From the human T2T-CHM13v2.0 reference genome, Homo sapiens, in the NCBI RefSeq assembly GCF_009914755.1, contig NC_060935.1: 64,000 nucleotides of DNA; one strand, written 5' to 3'. Positions 55,756 through 64,000 of the stretch are shown piece by piece. The notes under the pieces are model-generated. The model was not told the origin of the DNA. It did no database searches and saw only the letters and a list, made by a program, of their open reading frames with translations. The position numbers and the translations under genes are program-made. How positions within the stretch are numbered: the first letter of the stretch is position 1; the number at the start of each line of letters is the position of its first letter.

Positions 55756-58564
55756 TGCTCTATTTCATTTTTCTTTGCCTTCCACAAAACACTGTGTGAA
55801 ATATTAAATAAGAATCAGACATACTTGGTCCAAATTCTAACTACATCTGCTGGAATAAGTAACACTGCCTGGGACTCAGTCTTCAGTTTCCTCACCTGTA
55901 AAACATAACGACATAACTGATTTTACAGGGTTGTTGTGGAGATTAGATGAGAATATGAATGAGTATGAATCCTTAGTGCATAATGCCCAAAAAATCCTGG
56001 TTATTATTTCTCCAAACTCAGTTCTTTACAGCCTTGATAGAATACCTTAACTGTAGTCACCTAGCTTTCAACATATTTTCCCATGTAAAATTTTCTAATT
56101 CCTCCATGGGTACCTCAATTAGTATCATTTACTCTTATTAAAAACACCTGTCTTTCCTCCAGTCTATGCTATGAATTTATTTAAACCTACCTGCCTTCTT
56201 AAATAAACTCTATTTCACTCTTATGACTCATTTGCACAATAGCCTCCAGGTATTCAAAATGTACAAGGTCACCCTGCACTTCTGAAATATTTTTGAATGA
56301 CTAACATCACCTTCTTTCCTACCTATCAGGTTTCATTTGAGTAAATTTCTTGAAGATCATAACTATAGTTACCATTAATTTTCTTCAAGTCATACATATA
56401 CACATTAAATGTCAAAAAAAATGAAAAAAATGATGCTAGTTATTGAGTGAAACAAATATCTAATCAGGAAAATAGTGTTTGCTGCACTTTTCTTCCACTA
56501 ATTGAAAACTAAGGATGGAGGGATTTCAGATGCAAATAAAATACCAGGTGGGTTCCACAGTACTGCATTTAAGTACTGAACTTCATAGAAGTAGCATTTG
56601 TCCCTGTCAGGTGCAACTGAACACCATGCCTTCAGATGTACTGTGTATATATGTGATAGCAGAGGAAGAGCAGAAAAACTCAGATGTGGTCCTCAGTTTT
56701 CAGATGACTTAGCTAAATAGAGACATCACTGAGCAGTAGGAAACAGCATGAGAACATGAAACATTATAAAGCATAGAAAAAATTTGTGTTGCAAAACCTA
56801 TTTAGCACCATAAACATGAGAAGAGCCTAATATAAAGGCCTCTTGACATAGCAGAAAATAGCTATTGGTAGTCTCTTGAACTTCACCATACAGCAGTGTT
56901 AGGTCTCACCACTGCCCACAACTCTTACAGCCAAAGTATATATAAAATAAATCACTGTATTAAAATTAGGAAAAAGAAAGTAGATCTCAATAAATGTATT
57001 TTCTTGTAAAGAGTGGTTAGCTTTTAGAAGGCTTGGCATCAAAGGTATGTGATTCAGTTATGAAAAAAATACACTTACATGTAAAAATTTCATTCCTTTC
57101 ATTCACTGATTTACATAGGTATTGAGCCCTTGCTCCCTTCCAAGTACTGCTTTAGGCATTGGAGATATGAAGATAAATAAAACACAGTTCTTGCCCTTAA
57201 GAAGAGAAGCACTGAGCTAAAGTAGCAAATGTTAAATAAATATTGTGGGGAAGTGTCAAGGTGTATACTATACACTTAAAATTTAATAAGCATAAATCTG
57301 GCTCTCTCTGCCTATAATGTGCATCCTACTCCATTTCACTTGGAAAAAGGCCCTCAGACAAGATCAGCTCAAATATGACCCTTCCAATCTCCACTGTCTG
57401 TGTCTGTACATCTCTACAGTGTACTCACTGCACACTTCTAGGAGTCTCTCTCACCTCTACCCTGTTCCTGGTGGAGGACTATGAAATCCTCAAAAGCAAA
57501 AGTGACAGTTTATTTTCTCTGAACAACTTCTGCATATACTTAGTTAGCTACACAGAAATCAACTGATCCTGAATTTGAATTACCCAGCCTTTAGAATGTG
57601 GGAGAGGCCTTCCTTCACAGTGCTGTTAAGCAGACTGGAGACTATCTACGTAAAACGCTAGCACAGTTGCTGACATGTAGCAGTCGCTCAGCCAAATGGA
57701 AGCTTTTATTATTACCTGTTTTTTCAACATTCAAAAACGTAAATAACTATGAAATGAGAAATTGGCTATACAGTTTTATCTCAAGAAAATCTGTATATTG
57801 TTCTTAACTTCCTAATATGTATAAAATCATCATTTTGTGACATTTACTAGTATTTCTGGAGGTAAAATGCCTAATGTCTTGTTTTTTTAACCATTCTACT
57901 TAAGTGGGACCAACATTCAGAATGGAATGTAATAAAGCAAGACTCTATTTGGATACTTTGAATGTATTAATGAATGTTTCTATTGAGAAACAATTAAGTT
58001 TCAAAAAAAAAATAGCACATAAGATGTACTGTACAATCATCCCTCCTCCTCAATAGAATATTTAACTTTAGCAGCTAGTGAGCCAGGGATAATGAGGTGA
58101 TGACTCACTTTACTGGTGTGAAAGATAAGAATGAATAAATTTATAAGTATTTATTATGCATTTAAATAGTTAACTACTTCAGTTTGAGCACTATTGACAT
58201 CATCTTTCTTGTAATTAATTCTGTTTTACCCATTGTCCTACTTTTACTATAGAAGTTAAAAAGAGGTTTGACAATTCTCCAGGTACAATCAGTTATACGT
58301 CATTTTGCTCATCATTAAAGCCAAAAGAGTATAAAGCAGGGAACTAGGTGTCCAAAATTTTGGTACTACCATATTGGTCAATAGGAAATAGCAGAAATAA
58401 ATAGCTAAGTTAACGCACACACACAGACACACACACACACAAACATGCATGCAGACCATGCACATAATTAAGATAAAGAGAAGAAAAAGAGACAAAAAAG
58501 TTCAAATTTGAATAGAGCCATGTGAATAATTAATAGTCAAAAAATATTTTGTGGATTAAGTGTA

Positions 58565-59090
58565 TGTAAAAATGCTACAACATGGGTGAACCTGGAGGAC
58601 ATTATGCTAAGTAAAATAACCCAGGCAGAGAAAAGCAAGTACTGTATGATCTCACTTATATGTGGGATCTAAAAAAGTTGACACAACAGAGAATAGAAAG
58701 GTAGTTACCAGAGGCTGAGGTGGTCGGGATGGGGTTGGGGGTAGGGGGAAAAAGAGATGGGAAAAGGAGAGATATTGATCAAAGGGTACAAAGTTTTGGT
58801 TAGACTGGAGTAATCAGTTTTAGATATTTATTGCACTACATGGTAGTCATAATTAACAATACTACATATATATATTTCAAAATTGCAAAAATAACATTCT
58901 TACCACAAAAAAGATAAGCTGGTGAGATGATGGATGGATATGTTATTTAACATATAACATGGAACTTAATTCTACAATGTATACGTAGATCAAAATATCA
59001 CATTGTACTTCACAAATATACACAATTATTTGTCAATCGGAATAAATTGTATTTAAAAATACTTAGATTGGAAAAAAAAAAGAAAAAGAA
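58565..59090 (+). mobile_element. L1M (L1MA8/9-like) 3' UTR fragment with poly-A remnant
   Basis: ACAACATGGGTGAACCTGGAGGACATTATGCTAAGT...GATCTCACTTATATGTGG.ATCTAAAAAAG...TCAAAGGGTACAAAGTT...TCACATTGTAC. Confidence 0.88.
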
Positions 59091-59219
59091 AAGTCACTAT
59101 GGCCATCCCTCCATCCCTTATCCCTTCTCTCATTGAAAACAATGTAGAGCGTGGGAAAGAAATTAAAAAATTTTAATTCCTTTTAAAGAAAAGAATTTTC
59201 CCCAAGATATATGTATCAC

Positions 59220-59480
59220 TTAATGGCAGCTATTTATTGAGTAATTATTACGTGTCAGCCACAGTGGTAACAGATACTTAATATTCATCATCTCATTTAA
59301 TCCTTATACTAATTATGTGAGTTAGGTGTTATCATCACAACAATATTCATTTAAGGAAGCTGTGTTTCAGAGAGTTTACATGATTTACTCCAAATCACAT
59401 ACTTAATAACAGGCAGAAGTGGTAATTCCAACCTAGGTTTATCTGATTCCAAAGACTTTGCATTTAACCACTGTACTCAG
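59220..59480 (-). mobile_element. MIR SINE
   Basis: TATTTATTGAG...TCTCATTTAATCCT...TCTGATTCCAAAG..TTAACCACTGTACT. Confidence 0.75.
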
Positions 59481-61444
59481 TGGCAATCAAAATAAATGGA
59501 ATTGATAAGTGCCAGTGTAATTGTGGCATATATGATATTTTGATTCTTTGCCTCCATATAAGAATTCTTATAACATTGACATAAAGAAATGGCTCTCTAC
59601 TGTAAGACAAAATGTTATTAATGGTCCACAGAACAGTTTATCATATCTATGTTCTTTTTAACATAAGGTTTTGCCCTTTCATCTTTAACATTTTTTCAAG
59701 TGTATAAATTTTAGTCATCTCATTTGGGTCCAGCTCAAATGCCACTTCCTTTTTTAAGGTCTCCATGATATTCTCCAGTTGAAAGTAATTTCTGCAAATT
59801 TTGAACTTCCATGCTTTTATAATACAACTTACTATCTTTAATTATTTTTAGTAGGAACATATCATCTCCTCCACTAGGCTTCAAGCTTCCGGAGGTAGTG
59901 ATCTATACCTAAATTATGTCTGTGTCTTCTCTGTGTTGAGAAAACATTTGTACGTGTTTAGAACAGGCAACGACTTAGACAAGATATACATTATTTTACT
60001 GGCTAAAATTCTACGTTAAACTACCTATGAAAATATGAATATGTTAAATAAATGAAAAATCAGTAGAAAAAAATTTTAGTAACTTAAAAAAACTATGTTA
60101 AAGCATTTTATATACACTTATACACATCAGTTGGTAACTACAAATCATTCTTACATATTCATTAAAGTAGGCCTTTGGGTATCAGTATTCATCAAAAACA
60201 ATCATTTTTCTCACATAAAATAATTTAGAAATAGAAAAATAATCTATTCTATATTGTTATTAATTCAGTTTAGCTTTTTTTTTTCTGGCTCAACTATAAT
60301 GGCAACCCACACCATTAGAATTACATGTATATACGTGTTACTTTTAGATGTACAGCACTCTAGTTCTTACAAGTTTGATTTGGGTAGTTATTACTAATGG
60401 TCAACACTGATTGAAATAGTTACCATTTTTAAAAATGCAATCAACTTAGCATGGCATGCAAAAATCATTCAATACTTTACTCTTGCCTTCCTTTCCAGAC
60501 TCATTTCCCATACCTTCCTCCTTCCCTGGTATTCTATAATACTAGCAAAGCAAATTCCTAACATTCCCTGAACATGCCATTCTCCACATTTCTGCCTTTC
60601 AGCTCCTTTTGTTAGCTTCCTCTCTCCACATTCAGTACTTTTTATAGACTTCTATTAGTACTTATTGCATGTTTTTCTCCACCACCAGACCAGAAAATTT
60701 TCTTTTAGCCTCAGTGATTAGCATCATGTTCAGCACGCAGCATGTGTAGGCGCGCGACAGATGAATTAATGAATGTGAGCCTACTTAAAATTCCCCAAAC
60801 TCAGGACTCATTTAGATATCCAAAAAGAACAAACCTTCCTTTCCTACCTCCTGCTCTTTAAAACAAGCTTTAAATTTAGCATGGTATGCTAAGCATATTA
60901 CCTTTTCAAGCTATAAAATTATAACTATCTTCATACTTAGTCCTAATTGGTCATTAAATAAACTCTTTTGAAAGTTCTGGCAACATGTATCTGTCCATTA
61001 TTAACCCTCTGAGGAGCTAGAAATGCAGAACTATCCACTTCGTTGCCTATAAAAACAGATCCTCAAATTAAAAAAACAAATACATCTGATTTGATTTTCT
61101 CCCAGTTTATACCAGGTATATTCCTCTAGATTTTCATTTAGGTTGAAAAATTTCTGTTTGTAAACATATTTGCCTGAAACCACTACTTTATGGCCCAGGT
61201 CAATTGCATGGTTAAATAAACAAATAATTAAGCATATAAATGAAGCATTTATTATGGGTAATTTAAATTCAAATTAAACATTTGCTAAGAACCATCGAAG
61301 TGTAAAACACTATGCAAAGAGCTTTCACAATCATTATGATTCTTAACCAGGCTTCACTGGCCACTATGTTAGGTTTAAAATGGCTCAAATCACCTGAAAT
61401 TTTGTGCTATATGATATGCAATAATAATAATAGTAATAATAACA

Positions 61445-61665
61445 ATTATAATAGTTAACATTTATTGAAGACTTATCATTTGCCAGGTACTAAGCTAAAC
61501 AGTTTACAAGAATTACCATATTTAATTTTCACTACAACGGAAAGGGAAATTGAGACTTAGCGAAGTTATATAACTTGCTGAAAGCCACATTCTTAATAAC
61601 TGCGCAAACTGGAAAATTAACCCAAACTGTTTGACCCACTCTCCGTGCTCTTCTCCACTATATCA
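61445..61665 (-). mobile_element. MIR SINE
   Basis: TAACATTTATTGAAGACTTA...GGAAATTGAGACTTAGCGAAGTTATATAACTTG. Confidence 0.7.
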
Positions 61666-62099
61666 ATACCTCTGTTTTCCTGGGAAATGTTCATTGCTTT
61701 CATTAGTTTCTCAAATGGTCTGTGAATCAAAATTGTTAAGAATGTCTCGTAAGTATTCACTTAGTCACTCTTCAAAACATCTTGTTAGGCAGTATATTAT
61801 CGCTGTTAATTGATGTGGAAAGTAAGACCACATAACTTGTATGTTTGTAGGCTTATAACATTAGATACAATTTCCCTTTTAATATAGCATAGCACAAGGA
61901 CTATTTTTCTTGGTTGTTTCTGTAATTGATATTTAGATATAGCCATGGTAGCAGCTGGGATTATTCTGTTGCTGACTCGAGTTACCAGGATATCCTGAAG
62001 TGTTGTCATGTAATGACATGTCATGAAGGCAAAACTTGAGCCCTTGTGGCTAAACCAAGGCCTAAGAGAGAATTCTATAACCTGAAACGTACTCTGAAC

Positions 62100-62760
62100 T
62101 GTTATTTTCCATATTTTTAAAGTACTCTCCTGCCACCGGTGCCTCTCCATAACAGCATATCCACGTTCCACATGCCGCAGGAAAAAAAGTATTAAGATTA
62201 TTTCTAAAAACGAGCTTAGGCACTCTCACAGTAAAAGAACTCCATTGTTTTATACGCCTACAGGATAAAGCCCCAATTGTCTCACCTGGCTTATACACTC
62301 TGACTCCCATCCACTTCTCTGTGTTCCTTTCCCAGGACTCCCCTTTATGAACACTGTACTTGCACCATATGGGTCTTTGTAGTATTTTTCAATGAGTCAC
62401 ACAGCTTCAGAAGTCTGCTTTTAATATACAGTCCCTTCCACCTGAAATGTTCTTCTTGACTACTACTCATCTGGAAAACTATAACTCATTCTTCAAGATT
62501 ACATTCAGGTCTTTTTCTCTAAGACATTCCCAAACTGGAAATTCAGATGAACTCCTCTCTATGGGTTTTTTGTTCATGGCGCCATGATTAATGCTTTTGT
62601 CATACCATACATGTAATTGTTTTAAGTAGAAGTTTCAAATAGACCACAGGCCTACTAAGAGAACACAATCCCTTATTCACCTCTGCATCATATTATTAAT
62701 AATTGTCACATTGCCTATAACATCATAGGAGCCAAACAAGTATTGGAGAAAGAAAGGAAG
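62100..62760 (+). mobile_element. L2 fragment
   Basis: CCTACAGGATAAAGCCC...TCCCTTCCACCTGAAATGTTCTTC...ACTCATTCTTCAAGA...ATAGGAGCCAAACAAGTATT. Confidence 0.65.
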
Positions 62761-63749
62761 AAAATTAGCAGGTGGAGAAGGGAAGGAAGACTTGATCTGG
62801 TTCTTAAGACTGAGGTCATCTCAGCCATTGTGTCTTCTCATCAAGAAAATTATTCTCCTTAAGAGAGCTGTGGTTATGTTATGATGGGAGAACACAAAAC
62901 ACCATGGAAAGACAACATTGCATATATAAAAGAAAATGTTCATGTGAGCACTTGAACGAATCAGTTTTACAATCTTAGTAATTTGAGAATACAGCTTTGC
63001 AACTAATATTTGTAAGAAAACTACATTGTAAACATACAATATTTTTATTTCCTAAGCATTTCCACCTTATCCATCTCATTGAATTCATATAATATCCTCA
63101 TTATTCTGATGTAGGTATTTTTTTTCTTTTTTGATTGGTAAACTAAGGCATAGTAATAGAGTGACAACTCTAGCCTTATTCCTTCTCTCTGTCGACCTAC
63201 GACATGAATCCTACAAACTTTTTTACTGGCCTACTTTGTTTTATCAGAGAATAAGCCATAATTTCAAAAATCTTTCTTCCAAAACCCTTGGATGAAAGGA
63301 AAAAAGAAGAGTGAATATCCATGGTCATGTAACCTGATTTTGATCTGTTTATCAGATCCTCTTCTTTTTCTATTTTTAGACAACAAATTAGATATTAATC
63401 CAGAATCAGTTAAGTCCAAATATGGGTTTGTAATACAGAGTGGGGGTGAAACTAAATGAAACTCCAGGAGAGCAGATGGATTTAGCTATTGTTAAGTTAG
63501 GAATGGTTTCCAAGAACATTTTGTATAGTCCAAATTGTCTTCTGTATGCAATTTATTAACAGTTAACATGTAAAAAGTGGCTAAATTGTTCGCCTCATTG
63601 CTCCTGGGCTTTGTGGCACCTTCTAGTATATTGATGCTTATGAATGAATTTCCTTTTAATGGTCAAAGCTTCTATAAGATTAAAAAAATATGCTTCGGTA
63701 AAATGGTCCCCCCTTCTTTGCTTAAAATCACAATAGCCATCTGTGCAAA

Positions 63750-63960
63750 GCTGCTATTGTGTTCCAAGCATTATACATCTACTAGTGCCCTTTGCACAGT
63801 TCTGCAGAATAGGCCTAGGCTTTATCAGGCTCATATTACAGCAGAGAAAAGTGAATTCATAGAGGTTAAGTGACATGTCCAAGATGCACTGCTGGCAGAG
63901 GTAAGACTTAATCCTTGAACTTTTTAGCTTCAAACCACTCTGTTCAACTTGCATTGCTTT
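63750..63960 (-). mobile_element. MIR SINE
   Basis: CATATTACAGCAGAGAAAAGTGA..AGAGGTTAAGTGACATGTCCAAG. Confidence 0.7.
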
Positions 63961-64000
63961 GTGTGGCTTATGTAACAGCAAACACAACATTGGAAGCACC

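Noticed and set aside
61806-62310. 121-aa and 82-aa minus-strand ORFs
   Set aside because: They partly overlap an antisense L2 fragment; no recognisable homology or convincing splice context.

Overview
AT-rich primate (almost certainly human; AluY/S/J present) intronic or intergenic DNA. I recognise no intact protein-coding exon, RNA gene, CpG island or CRISPR-like array, and I cannot name the host locus. The one gene-derived feature is a full-length processed RPL9 pseudogene (8581-9649) with its own target-site duplication (TSD) and a later Alu inserted in its 3' end. The rest is mainly old interspersed repeats: very dense MIR and L2, 11 Alus, about 10 solo LTRs including a three-level MaLR nest, MER1B, and little L1. 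Short unique stretches lie between them. The most unusual observations are a head-to-head Alu pair only 26 bp apart, a nearby-inverted AluY pair, two local duplications I cannot assign to a repeat family, a palindromic compound microsatellite, two candidate unannotated exons, and E-box clusters. I find no evidence of a new multi-gene biological system. Repeat subfamily calls and old-repeat boundaries were made by eye from recalled consensus sequences and are approximate.
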